DNA of 64,000 bases, from positions 310,001 through 374,000 of the forward strand of contig CP120463.1 in NCBI GenBank assembly GCA_034226945.1. The letters run 5' to 3'. Numbering within the stretch: the first letter of the stretch is position 1; the number at the start of each line of letters is the position of its first letter. A program made the translations under genes and the position numbers. The stretch comes from Picochlorum sp. SENEW3 (Eukaryota). Shown here piece by piece: positions 48,487 to 60,607 of the stretch. The notes below the pieces were generated by a model. The model was not told where the DNA came from. It ran no database searches and worked only from the letters and a program-made list of their open reading frames with translations.

Positions 48487-49113
48487 ATGACTCTAAACAC
48501 AGTCTCCATGAGGTCTTTGTGCTCGACCCTTGTCCTGGCCGTTGCCATTCTTGTGACGCTGCACTTCCACGTGTGCTTGGGCCACCGTCTCTTGGACCGA
48601 AGCCAACATATCGCAGATGTTATCCATGGAGAGCTGAGAGAGGATGTGACCTGTCGCTCTTTCGGTTTTGGTCCAAACTGTACTGCTCATGAGGAGTGTG
48701 CAGCCTGCTTTTTAAAGATACCTCACTGGGAGTTTTGTGTTTCGAATAAAACCGCATCTCATCTACCTACATGTATGTGTATATGACATCATCTTGTGTG
48801 TGACTCATCATGACGCTGACTATTCTATTACTATGATGATGATGCAGTCCTGTTCAACTGTACATCTGATCCTCCTGCTCCCCCTCCACAGCCACAAGCA
48901 TCCTGCCACGACCTGTCTGAAGAAGAATGCCAGTTAGATAAAGAAGAATGCACGTGGTGTACAGCGATGGCTGTGGCATCAAAGTGTTATACCAAGGATG
49001 AGGCAGAGCATTTGCCAACTGCAGTATTCAAGTGTGACACAGAGGGGCCTTCTTCTTCTTCTACTACTACCATGACGAGGACTGCTACAAAGGATCCTGT
49101 CCAGCCATTTTGA
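48487..49113 (+). CDS. Small secreted Cys-rich protein with two internal repeats, 2 exons
   Basis: Signal peptide; intron 48773-48847. Repeats 'C…C…ECAAC…C…HLPTFLFNC' and 'C…C…ECTWC…C…HLPTAVFKC'. Confidence 0.7.
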
Positions 49114-49396
49114 TACAGGAGAAATACCACTGATATACAGAAAGCTAACAAGAATAAGAAGAATATCCTATAAATTCGTATGTAACATGTGCTACTACTA
49201 TTGAAATGAAATGATGATTCATGGCAGATGAGCAGCTGCAATTGTTGTCCTTGCCCCATCAAAATAGAGGCAGTACATGTTCTGCCAACAACAGAGATCT
49301 GGTTTGTTCATATCAGCATGAGAGCAGCCTTCCTGCTAATAATAATACATAATATTCTTTCCAGTTTAATGTTTTAAATGTTTACTCTGTATCAAC

Positions 49397-50737
49397 ATGG
49401 GTGATGAATCTCAAGACAATTCGGGGAATGGGGAGGAACAGAAACGAATGACGGAATCCACCGAACAAACTTCTTCACCATCAAAAGATGATCTATCGAC
49501 GCATTCAAAGTCTCTGGAAAAGTTCAAAGACTTTTTTGATGAGAATAAGTTGAGGGATGGGCAGCGTATTGTGTCTGCTCGGGAGCACCATGGTTTTTTC
49601 AAAGGCATTGGACACCGGCCTCGACATGTGGTTGTCTATGACCCAGATGCTGATGGATATCTGATTTACAGATCTCGAGGTCATAGGAAGAATAGGAGGA
49701 TGGAGTTTCAGCCTCGAAAGGGGAAAGAGGAGATGGTCATCACACCCAGCGTGCCAACCTTGTTCTTGTGGGACTGGAACAATATCAGTTGGCATGTTGC
49801 GGTGTATTTCACGCTGGGTTCTGTTTGCTGGATTGTGAATGGACAGTATGCGCTGATGCAGGATTCATCGACGCATGTTACGAACGCTATTGCGTATTCT
49901 GGCTTTGCTGGTGGTATGTTGTTTTGGATTGGTGCCTATCTGGCTGTGGTCGAAGCATTGAATGAGAATCGAAATCAGTTTTATGGGGCTGCTCTTAAGC
50001 GTCTGGAGCATCATATTGAAAAATACAAGCATTTTCATGCGAGACGATTGCGAAAATTGCGCAAGAGAATCAATGTCACAAAGGGTGATGAGGAAAAGGC
50101 ATTGACATGGTTGAAACAAGAGCGACATGTGGACAAGGGGGTTGCCTGGCGATGGATTGGGTATACCCCAAGTGTTGGATACTGGGCAAGTGTTATACAG
50201 TTTATTGGTGCGACATTGTTTGCTATAGCTGTGATTTGTGGTATTCCTGGGGTAATTGGTGCCACGGAATGGCAGTTGCAGCAGACATTTATTTGGACCA
50301 TGCAAACAGCTGGTTCTGTCTTCTTCATCATTAGTTCATGGATCTTGATGGTCGAAGAACAGCCTAATTGGTACATGCCTGCCTGTGCACGAATTGGTTG
50401 GCAATCTGCGTTCTGGAATCTTGTTGGAGCCATTGGTTTTTTGCTCAGTGCTGTGTTTGGTTATCTGGCCAACTGGGAGGGAAATGGTGTGGTGTGCTGT
50501 CAGCTGTGGGGCACAGCGTTCAACACGTATTGGGGGAGTTGGGCATTTTTGATCGCGAGTGTGCTCTTGTATTATGAAGTTGAAAGCAAGCAGCCTGCCT
50601 CATTCTCGGAGAACTGCAGTCTTTTAAAGTCTTGGTGTCTCTACAAGTGTCATCATGTCCTTGGTTGCTCTTGTTGTGGCAAAGACGTCGACGACGACAA
50701 AGAAGAGAGCAATGGCACAAAAGAAGAACTGGTATAA
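49397..50737 (+). CDS. Integral membrane protein with YrhK-like repeats
   Basis: Repeated 'GSVCW/GGMLFWIGAY/GATLF/GSVFFIISS/GAIGF/GSWAFLIAS' TM pairs. Confidence 0.65.
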   Translation: MGDESQDNSGNGEEQKRMTESTEQTSSPSKDDLSTHSKSLEKFKDFFDENKLRDGQRIVSAREHHGFFKGIGHRPRHVVVYDPDADGYLIYRSRGHRKNRRMEFQPRKGKEEMVITPSVPTLFLWDWNNISWHVAVYFTLGSVCWIVNGQYALMQDSSTHVTNAIAYSGFAGGMLFWIGAYLAVVEALNENRNQFYGAALKRLEHHIEKYKHFHARRLRKLRKRINVTKGDEEKALTWLKQERHVDKGVAWRWIGYTPSVGYWASVIQFIGATLFAIAVICGIPGVIGATEWQLQQTFIWTMQTAGSVFFIISSWILMVEEQPNWYMPACARIGWQSAFWNLVGAIGFLLSAVFGYLANWEGNGVVCCQLWGTAFNTYWGSWAFLIASVLLYYEVESKQPASFSENCSLLKSWCLYKCHHVLGCSCCGKDVDDDKEESNGTKEELV

Positions 50738-50761
50738 TACTATTAAAGCATATCTTGATGA

Positions 50762-51616
50762 TTAGCAGCATATTTTGATACGTCTACCCTTGGATATTTC
50801 AAATGCATATTCTGTCCCACGTTTTGGTATCATAACATGACGCCCATCTTGGGCATCAAGCACATGCAGCACTGTAGATGAATCTCCCAGTATAATCCCA
50901 TGCAGCCCTACATACCGCTCATCACTCGCCTTGGTCACTACAAGATCAACCCCATGCTTATCCATGGATGACACTGCAGCTTCCACATCCTTTCGCGTCA
51001 CACATGATTCCATCACCGCATCTCTATATTCCTTCCACACTTGATGCAGCTCGCGAGCATCATCATATGTTATATTCATCTTTGACACATCCACAGCATC
51101 CAGCGCACATAGCTCCTTCCGAGTGGCCTTGGCCACGCCTGCATTCTTCAGAAACCTCCCCTTTATTCTTGCTTTCCGTTTCACATCTGGGTTATCCAGC
51201 ATGAGCGTCTTCTCCTTCATCTTATCAGCCACGTCACCTCGACCGACCTTGTATTTTGGATTGGTTGACAGCAAGTCGTGTACCACATCATCCAACGTCC
51301 GACCATCACCCTCTGTCCACGGGTATATGTCAGATGCTTTATCAAACGATGCATACATCATCATGGAATTGGCTGTATCATCCGTCACCACACATCGTTC
51401 CTCTTTCTTATCATCAGTATCGTTCTGACTCGGACCAAAAGCCGACTCGGTTGCGTGTCGACGGGTTTTTTGTTTGTCTTTTTCTTTGGGTGGTGGTAAT
51501 GAGTCTACTTTCTTCTTTTCAACAGAGACACTCTTGTTTGATAATGGTTTCTTCTTTGCCTCCTTCTTCTCCAACGCAGCAAGTCGCTGCCGTTTCTTTT
51601 CTGAACGTGAACCCAT
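50762..51616 (-). CDS. POP4: RNase P/MRP protein subunit POP4 (Rpp29)
   Basis: 'LHQVWKEY…MDKHGVDLVV…YVGLHGIILGD…MIPKRGTEY' is the Rpp29 Sm-like domain pattern. Confidence 0.85.
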   Translation of the reverse strand: MGSRSEKKRQRLAALEKKEAKKKPLSNKSVSVEKKKVDSLPPPKEKDKQKTRRHATESAFGPSQNDTDDKKEERCVVTDDTANSMMMYASFDKASDIYPWTEGDGRTLDDVVHDLLSTNPKYKVGRGDVADKMKEKTLMLDNPDVKRKARIKGRFLKNAGVAKATRKELCALDAVDVSKMNITYDDARELHQVWKEYRDAVMESCVTRKDVEAAVSSMDKHGVDLVVTKASDERYVGLHGIILGDSSTVLHVLDAQDGRHVMIPKRGTEYAFEISKGRRIKICC

Positions 51617-52100
51617 ACTTGGTATTTATACGTGCTCTTGACAATGTCAAGTCAAGTATTATGATGAAGAAAGCATGGCACACTCGTGTGCCATGCCATG
51701 CAGGTCACGAATGCAGCAAAAACAATCCCTCTTTTTTGCCTGATTTTCACATACGAATCTCTCTCTATATATAGTAAGATTCATTTCCAGTACTACCGAG
51801 CATCTTGTTCCAAAATTGAATTCAAATCTCGAAACGTGGCTCAAGATCTCTAGAGATCCGATCTCAGCGCGCTGAGATCTCTAGAGAGATCGATCGATTC
51901 AAATGTATGAATCGAAACATACACATCTCAACAGCATGCTTCTCACGAATAACGTATTATTAAAACCATATTAAAAAAATTATCATTGGATCCGAATCAG
52001 TAGTACAGCTTCATTAGAAAAACCAACCAAGTGGGTTGCAAGGAAGAATCCCTTGCTTGCAATTGGGAAGGGAAAGAAGCAACCAAAACACTAAAAAAGG

Positions 52101-52949
52101 ATGGGTCGAGGACCGACGGCATATTTTATCTTTACAGGTGAACAGAGACCACATGTTCGAGAGAAATTACTGGCGGAGAGAGGGGGTGACAAGGTGAGCG
52201 TGGCAGACGTTGCCAAGGAGATTGGAGCCAGGTGGCGACAGTTGTCAGACGACGAGAAGCAAAAGTACAAGGATGCAGCAGCAGCCGCTGCTGCTGCCAA
52301 TGTGGATCCATCATCTAGTAAAGATGGGGACAAAGGGTCAGCGAAGAAGGAGCAGCGAGCCATGTTGCCATTGTCTTTGGTCAAAAAGGTTATTTGCCGG
52401 GACGAAGAGGTGAAACGAGTGAGTGGAGATGCGGTACGAGTTATTGCCGAGGCTACTGGGATGTTTATAGGGTTGTTGGCAACGAGATCGCTTGAATATG
52501 CCAAGGTGCAGAAGAGAAAGAATTTCAAATTTTCAGACATTGAAGCTGCGGCACGGTCGGATTCGAGGATGAAGGAGATTGGGTTGCCAATATCGTTTGA
52601 GCAGGAGGATGTATTTGTTGAAATGAAGAAGCGACGGGTGGATGGGAGTGGTGGTGGTGGTGGTGGTGGGAGGAAGAGGAAGGAGAGTGGTGGAGGAGCT
52701 GGAAAGGGGAAGACGTTGCATTCATTTTTTGCTCCTCGTGCTGCTCCTGCGGAACGAGAGGAAGAACTAGTGGAAGTAGAAGAAGAAGAACAAGAGAATG
52801 AAGATGGTGACATAGTGGGAGAGGAGGACCAGGCAGACGTACTTGAAGAAGACCAACAAGAAGAAGAACAGCAACAAGAAGAGGAAGAGCAAGAGAAAGG
52901 AGGAGAAGAGGAAGAGGAAGGAGGAGAAGAAGATGGGGGGAACACGTGA
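52101..52949 (+). CDS. HMG-box plus histone-fold (NF-YC/DPB3/CHRAC-like) protein with acidic tail
   Basis: HMG 'PTAYFIF…VAKEIGARWRQLSDDEKQKY'; histone fold 'LPLSLVKKVI…DEEVKRVSGDA…ATGMFI'; Glu-rich tail. Confidence 0.85.
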   Translation: MGRGPTAYFIFTGEQRPHVREKLLAERGGDKVSVADVAKEIGARWRQLSDDEKQKYKDAAAAAAAANVDPSSSKDGDKGSAKKEQRAMLPLSLVKKVICRDEEVKRVSGDAVRVIAEATGMFIGLLATRSLEYAKVQKRKNFKFSDIEAAARSDSRMKEIGLPISFEQEDVFVEMKKRRVDGSGGGGGGGRKRKESGGGAGKGKTLHSFFAPRAAPAEREEELVEVEEEEQENEDGDIVGEEDQADVLEEDQQEEEQQQEEEEQEKGGEEEEEGGEEDGGNT

Positions 52950-53037
52950 TGTACTGTATTTCTTGACCGCGAATGGCGAATCATAAGTATTAACAATAAA
53001 GTATCAGATGTTCATTATTCTTCCCTCGAAGACTCTA

Positions 53038-54607
53038 TTAGCTTGAAAATTTCTTGAGAATCAATGTGTTTGCAAAATCAGCAGTACCCATGACAGTCTC
53101 AAAGCCAAGCACACTTCCCAAGTAAAACGTATTCTGGTTACCTTGAAGCGCATCAATCTTGGGATAAAATCCTGATGCCAAGCTCTTGCCGTCTACATGT
53201 GGAAAATAATTCCACGAGACTTGTTTCACTGTCTCAACTGGAGACAGTCCTGCTGCAACAAAATCTTTTCTGTGCAGTACATCCATTTGCTCCAAGCTGG
53301 CATTCTGCTGATTGATCTGCCCTGAACTCCATATATTGTCGTCGACTATACCGTTGCGTATCCCAACAACATGTCCGCTTGTGTTTGGTGTTCCATACTG
53401 ATTGAAAAAAACTGTGGTTGGCCATTCTGTAGGGGTGGTTGTCTTTGTAAGTTGAACCAATAGATCATAGCTTTGTACCTGTGTAAAGAGCTCAACCTCC
53501 TCTTCACTTGCATCAAGATAGTCTAGAGCGTCTCGAAGATTCGATGTGAGAATCAAGTAGTCATACACCTCTGTCACCCCATCGACATCAACTTGAATGC
53601 GAGTGGCATTGCCCTGCTTGGTACGCTGTATAGAGGTTACCTTGCTGTTGAGTCTAGCATCCTTTAACGATTCTCCCACATCCACAAATAGTGTTTGGAA
53701 TCCTTCCGGAGCTATGAGCAGCTGTGAGTTGAATTGAGGCTCTGGAGTCCCGCCGCCAAGAATGCCACCAGCAACCTGCAAAGCCAACTTGAGAACATAC
53801 ATGGCAGGTGTGGTTTCATAGTAGCCATAGCCACAACCTATCCAGAAAGGACGGAAATATGATGCGTATACCTCGATATCATTTTGTTCCGCAAACTCGT
53901 CAAAATTCAAGAACAGATCTGGGTCATTTGCATAGAAAAAACCTTCTGGCTCTGTTAAGTAACCATATTTGTCAGCAACCTTGGACCAAGAGGGATACTT
54001 TAGGATCATTTCAGACAAGATGGCAGAGGGTACCTGGTTGTAGTTAAAATCAGTCCCATTACCTGAACGCACGAGCATTATGCCCGGATCTGGGACAAGG
54101 CTGAAATTGAATGCTGTCGCCAACTCCATGAGAACATCATGGTCCCGTTCTGCCCAGATCGCTCCAACCTCATACACGTGCCCATTATAATCGTAGGAAT
54201 ACACCTTTCCACCAAAGCGATCTTCCTGTTCGTATAATGTTACACCCTCGTACCCCAGCTGCTCTAGTCTGAAGGCAGCTGTGAGGCCTGAGACACCACC
54301 ACCTATAATTGCAATACGGTCTGTTTTCAAAGGTTTAGATGGCTCTTGATCTGCACATGTAGATGGGTTCCTGTGATTGCATTGGCAACCTAATGCAGAA
54401 AGAATGAACTAGTGCTTACTAGCCATTTTCTATATATGCAGCAAGAAAGAAATCATTTGCTCATATGCTGCTGACAATGTGTAGAAACCCAAAGCAAGAT
54501 AGAATCAACATGAATATATAACGGAAAGTACCTAGGGGCGAGACAGACGGCCGGGCCGAGTGCACCAAGCTTAGCTTGAGGAGCAAAACCCAGAACAGTC
54601 TGAGCAT
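53038..54607 (-). CDS. Secreted FAD-dependent oxidoreductase of the polyunsaturated fatty acid isomerase (PAI/PFI) family, 2 exons
   Basis: Signal-peptide exon 54607-54532. GxGxxG 'IAIIGGGVSG', 'GGKVYS…YEVGAI', 'GYGYYETTPAMYVLK' and 'YFPHV…GFYPKIDALQG…TFY' parallel Cutibacterium PAI motifs as recalled. Confidence 0.75.
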
Positions 54608-55091
54608 TTGGCGCTTAGCAGAAGAATACGCTGATGGCGCTGCTGGTACAGGGGTCACGCGGCATGTGAAGCATTCGAAAATACTTCTGATGTATCTACT
54701 AGGACAGAGAGCTCCACAGCCTTTTTCGGTAAAAAAATGTAATGGTTTTTGCTCATCGTGAACAGCTTTGCTGAGTCAGTCGGACGGTCCCATATGGGTA
54801 TATACACGTTTGTGCGGATGGGATATCCGAGGAGGTGGCTGCTCAATAGCCAGGTATAGCGTACTACAATTCGTCGAGTCGACGTTGATAATTGCTTCGT
54901 TTCATCAAATAGTACTACAATATTGAGATTAAGAGGATCCAAACCGTGTGGATATTAAACAGGGCATTCTTTCGAACTGTCGCTCGGTGTCGTATTCCAC
55001 CCAGCGACACTCAATGACGGCAAGCTGACGTCACAGAAAAAGAAAACCACAAGTCGGGAAGCGCGGGTTCCAGACGATTTCTCTTTAAAAT

Positions 55092-58000
55092 ATGGATGCA
55101 TCAAGTTCGTCAGGCAAATCAGGGCCAACGAAGTTTTCTGAGCAGAAAGGCAGAGAGGAGGCCTTGGAGTACTTTCTGAGTCAGAATAAGGCAAGTGCTT
55201 CATCCATCTCCATCTATTTTAGTGATGTAACTCTGGAAGCTGAAGTCACTGCGGCACCCAGCCCTTCCATATGGAACTCTACCAAAGGTTTAGTTCGAGC
55301 TGCGATACCTTGCGTGAGATCGCCAAAGCAAAAAATCAAACTACTTGATAGAGTGAGAGGTGTGATCAAACCAGGAAGGTTCACTTTGCTGATTGGACCA
55401 CCTGGGTCAGGAAAGTCCCTGCTAATGCAGCACCTTAGCGGCAGGCTGTATCTGCACAAAAGGCTGTCCCAGACAAGTGGAAGCATTCTTTACAATGGTG
55501 TGGACAAAAGCTCTTTCTGTCTACCCAGGGCGGTGGGGTACGTGAGTCAGCATGATCGGCACATCCCCTCGTTGACAGTCAGGGAGACAGTGAGGTTTGC
55601 TGCATCTTGCCTCAACCCACGACTCTGCACCAAGAGGAGCTCCTCTGAGCAGAAAAGATCTTTATTTAATAGAATCCTTGGACATAAATGTAGGAAAGAG
55701 TGCACACTGGCGGAAAACGCTGGGCATCAATATACTCTGACCGAAGATGCTCTTGAGCTCTCTCCCATGGAGGGCCACCAAACAAACACCTCAGATGCTG
55801 TCACAAATACATTGGATGATATCACTGACGCATCTCTTCATCTTCTCGGTCTATATCATGTGAAGGATACCTTGGTGGGAGATGAGATGGTGCGCGGCAT
55901 ATCTGGAGGGGAGAAGAAACGACTCACAACTGCAGAAGCCCTCGTGGGCCAATATTTGGCCCTTTTCATGGATGAAATATCCAATGGATTGGACAGGTGA
56001 GTTGCTCTTTGTCAATTTACTCATTATTTATGATTCACGCTTTCCTGAGGATCATCGGATAAAAACTACGACCATCTCCAACCGATATTGCATGTGTAGT
56101 GCCACAGCCTTCTCTGTTGTACAATCTCTCCGGGATATGTGTCATGCTCTGAATCGCACCATCATTGTCAGCCTGCTGCATCCCTCTCCAGAACTTATGG
56201 ATCTTTTTGACGATGTTATGATTTTGACCGATGGGAGGGTGGTTTATCAGTACGTGAACCAAAATCATTTGCAGTGCACAAACTTGTTTGGGATAATGGA
56301 TGCATGGTTTTTGTGCAGGGGGCCCGTGAGAGATGCTGTTCCCTTCTTCCAGGAGTTTGGATTTATTTGTCCTCCTCGAGTTGAGGTAGGATCTTTTCTA
56401 CAGGAGATCACGACGCCATTGGGTCAAATGGAATTTGCTTCTACAGATTTACTGGCCAGGACCATGGCAGAGGTCTGCCAGACACGTGATGCACTCGCTG
56501 CACGACCCCCTGAAAGCCTTTTAGTGTCTGTAGATCAAATGGCTGTCGCATTGAAGTGTTCTGAAATCGGTAGATCTATTGATATGGATCTTGAGCAAGC
56601 TAGATCCAAAAGATCAAATGGCTGCCCTCAGATGCCACAAAACAGGTTTGCAAGCAAGGCACTCGTTCTGAGTTTCTTCGTTTTCAGACGTCATTTGTTG
56701 CTGATGAAAAGAGAAGTAATCTTTATATCTTCTAGAATGGTGACAAATGTATCCTGTGGATTATTCCTTGGTTTCTTTTTTTCAACAGTGGGCCTGACAG
56801 GTGACCCAAACCCCCAGCAAATTCTTGCCCAGGGCAGAAAGACAATTGCATTGATTACATCAGCATCTAGCGTCATGGTATTCATTCAAGTTCCTTTGAT
56901 TGCTTCAGTATTCAGAGCGAAATCAGTCTTGCTCAAGCAGAGGGACCAGTACCTCTTTCCTCCAGTTTCATATATTTTGGCGCAAACAATGGAGGACATG
57001 TTGGTATTCATGCTGGAGTCGATTTTGTTTTCCGTTAGTATGTATTGGTTGTCCGGTCTCACGAGAACATCAAATAAGTTTTTTGTGTTTGTGTTGACGA
57101 ACTGGTCGTGCATGCTGTCTTCCTCTGCCATATTCAGGTCGGTGTCCTATGTCTCTCCCAATCAAGTAGTGTCGATGACATGCAGTAACTTCCTCATCAT
57201 AGTGTGGCTCATCACCAATGGGTTCTTCATTTTGAGAACCTCGATTCCAGATTGGTTGATTTGGATTTATTATGGACTGAATCCTATGGCATACACTTTA
57301 AGGGCTCTTTGTATCAATGAATTGACTTCTTCTGCTTGGGGACAAGCAGGATACACCATTCTTAACTTGTTCTCTCTGTATACCGAACAAATATGGATTT
57401 GGGTATCTTTAGTATACCATTTAGGTGTCATGGTGATCTGTATGCTCGGGGGTGCTATGGCAATAACGTATCTACACCCTTCCCAGCAGTATACCACTAC
57501 GCACTCAGAGCAGGACATTAAGGGTTCTAATAGCATGCGCATCATGAAAGCAGTTGCAGAAAAACTTTTCCGCGCTGAGTCAAAAAATGTTTTGTGTAAA
57601 ACAGGCAGCCGTGTATATAGGAAATCAGAGTCTCTGGGCAAGGAACATGCCTTCAGCTACCAGACCACAGCAGATGAAATCTCAGTAGAGCCTTTTACGC
57701 TCATCTGCCGGGGTCTGAGCTATTTTGTCAGAATGGTGTCAAGGGGACACCATCAAAGTATGAGTCGAGGCTGCGACGATATCGAGATTGAGGGCACAAT
57801 TCAACTGCTGAGGAGCATTGACTTCTATGCCCAGCCTGGCCACCTCACTGCGCTCATGGGGGGTTCTGGGGCTGGCAAGACGACACTTATGGATATCCTA
57901 GCTGGTCGCAAGACACAAGGAATCATTCGAGGAGATATTTTTATCAATGGCAGAGAAATGTCTAAGCGCCTGCTGTCCAGGGTAGTTGGATACGTGGAGC

Positions 58001-59887
58001 AGGAAGATCTACACTCCCCATGGATCACTGTCCGAGAAACACTTTACTTTGCCGCCAGGCTGCGTTTACTAGAAGCCGAGGTGGATTGTCAACAGATATC
58101 TTCTATCGTCAATGAAGCTTTGTGTAAAGTGGAGCTCCAGTCTCATGCTCATTTGCTTGTTGGTGAGTCTGGTGGCATAGGGTTGTCCACCCAGCAGAGG
58201 AAGCGATTAAGCATTGGGGTGGAACTGGTGGGAAGTGCACCGGTGATACTTATGGTAAGCCACGAAACTAATCATAAAGTACACCACAAGAATAACATAT
58301 GCATCTGATGAAAAAAATGTGTTGTGAAAGCATGTCCTGATGAGGTGTGTATTGACTATGCAGGACGAGCCCACTTCTGGACTTGATGCACGTTCAGCAT
58401 CCACAGTGATGCGAGCAATTCGGAACATAACAGACAGCCTTCGAACGGTCATTGTCACCATCCATCAGCCTTTAATGGAACATTTCGAGGCTTTTGACAT
58501 GCTTATCCTGCTGCAGTTTGGGGGTCACCTCTCATACTTTGGTCCTCTGGGCGACCAAAGTTGCGACCTGGTGTCGTACTTAGAAGGTCATCCAGGGGTA
58601 TATCCCATAAAACCAGGCCGTAACCCTGCGACCTGGATGCTTGAAGTGACAGAAGCTTCTGTAGTGGCAAACAAATCATCCCAAATTTTGGACTTTCCTG
58701 AAGCTTTCCGCAGTTCGTATGAATATCGTGTAGTGCTGAGTCAAATAGATCATCTCCTCAGAAGCCTACAGGATTTCTGCCAAAGAGCCGAGAGTGAAAG
58801 GGACAATCCACTTTTGACACAGATCAGAGAAGTGCTAAAAATATATTTATTATTCTATTGGAGAGCTGTTGATTATAATTTCACGAGAATGGTGATGAGC
58901 ATCGCCTCTGCTCTCTTTTGTGGATTTATATATCTCGGCGAAGGCAAAAATATCCATCCAGGGTCAGATGGGGCTGGTATTGGTATAATACAGAATGTCT
59001 TGGTGAGTGAAGAAGTTTTCTGGCTCAAACAAAAGCAAGAAATCACCCAATATTTCTGTGCTTCTGCAGGGGAGTATATCTATGATTCTAACTTTTGCGA
59101 GTAACTTCAACAGCACTGGGTAGGTAATACGTGTATTCTGTACAGTTTACGGGAGGCTGCATTGTGTACCAGTTCCTCACTGTGTGCCTCTCCAAAATGC
59201 AGGGTCATGCCCATCTTGTCGTTCGAGAGAGCAGTTTTTTATCGACATAGAGCTGCATCGCTGTATAAACCAGTGGCATTCAACATAGCCCATGGCGTGT
59301 CAGAGATACCATATGTGATGCTGCAATCAATCATAATGGTCTCATTGATTTATTGGATGGTTGGGTTGGTCCCGGTGGCTTGGAAATTCTTTTACTGCTT
59401 GCTACTGCTTTTTTTATCAAATATCATGGTATGCGATCAAAAAAATACGGACATGATGATGCCTGTGTGCATTTTCTCAGTAGTCGCCATTGTGATGCAG
59501 TACACTTTCTTGGGTCAGTTTTTAGTCATTGCTCTTCCAAATCAGGTGCTCGCACTTCTTGTACTTGGACTACTTCAGGGGCTATGGTCCGCAGGAACTG
59601 GATTTTTGATACCATTACCGCAGCTACCTACGTTCTGGAGTGTGATTTGTCAATCTTTTCCCACATATTGGGTCATGTATGGTCTTAGTGCTTCCCAGCT
59701 GGCTGACAGCCAAGTGCCCATGCTGGGCTACATTGAAAATATATCCGTTGGAGACTTCATCTCAACTTTTTTCGGATACAACTATGGTTTCATTTGGTGG
59801 TGTGCTCTAATAGTGTTTGCATACGTGGCTCTTTTCAAGGCCTGTGCTATGCTGGCCCTTGCATACATCAGATATGACCGTCGCTGA
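55092..59887 (+). CDS. Full-size ABCG/PDR transporter, multi-exon
   Basis: NBD1 GPPGSGKS/ISGGEKKR/MDEISNGLD|S, TMD1, NBD2 GGSGAGKT/QRKRLSIGVEL/DEPTSGLD, 'NPATWMLEV', TMD2 ending 'YDRR'. Several GT-AG introns (first 55997-56099). Confidence 0.93.
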
Positions 59888-60061
59888 GGCGCCTATTGTT
59901 GATCAACAATCATGATTAAATAGCACAAATAAGAGCATTCAGATAACTGTATCGCAAGAGCAAGAAGACAATGCAAGGAATATACCAATCTGTTTCTGCA
60001 GCTAGCATCTTGTTCCACACAGCAATACTACTACTAATTAATACTCTATGAAAAATAAAAT

Positions 60062-60607
60062 TCATCCCCACAAGGTGCCATACGTGTTCAATGCAAATAT
60101 AATACCGATCAACGGTGCTAACACAGAAATGGCAACCAACACTGACAAAATATTCACCCTATTACCCTTGTACACATCCCCATCCCAGTTGTCAGTATAC
60201 AAATCTTCTCTATCCCGTCCATTATTCGCCTTACGATTCGCTTCCCGACGAATCTCTACAATCAGAATTCAATACATCAATTCAGTCAGGCATGTATTCA
60301 CTCAGAGATCTCAGGAGAGAAAACACCAACACATACCCATCTCCTCTCGAGCAGACCTCTTTGTATTCATAGCATCCCTCGTCTGCTGATACCAATCACG
60401 ACCGTACGATACCTCCTTCTGCTGCTTCACATTCTTCTTCGCCCAACACACTCCGGCTTCTCGTGATCTCATCAGTCCCTGACCACGACCTCTGACAGCT
60501 GTTCTGTTCCTTTCTCCTTCTACTACTACTACCCCTCTGCTAGGAATAATAAGAGCCCCATCTGCTCTTCCTCTTGTATTCATAGATAACATGCCCACCC
60601 TCATCAT
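60062..60607 (-). CDS. Small plastid-targeted protein with a C-terminal TM helix, 2 exons
   Basis: Intron 60336-60256 joins …SAREEM to EIRREANR…LYTDNWDGDVYKGNRVNILSVLVAISVLAPLIGIIFALNTYGTLWG*. Confidence 0.7.

Noticed and set aside
55092..59887. ABCG, GT2, GH26 and methyltransferase ORF fragmentation as pseudogenes or frameshifts
   Set aside because: The breaks checked are bridged by GT-AG introns that restore the frame.
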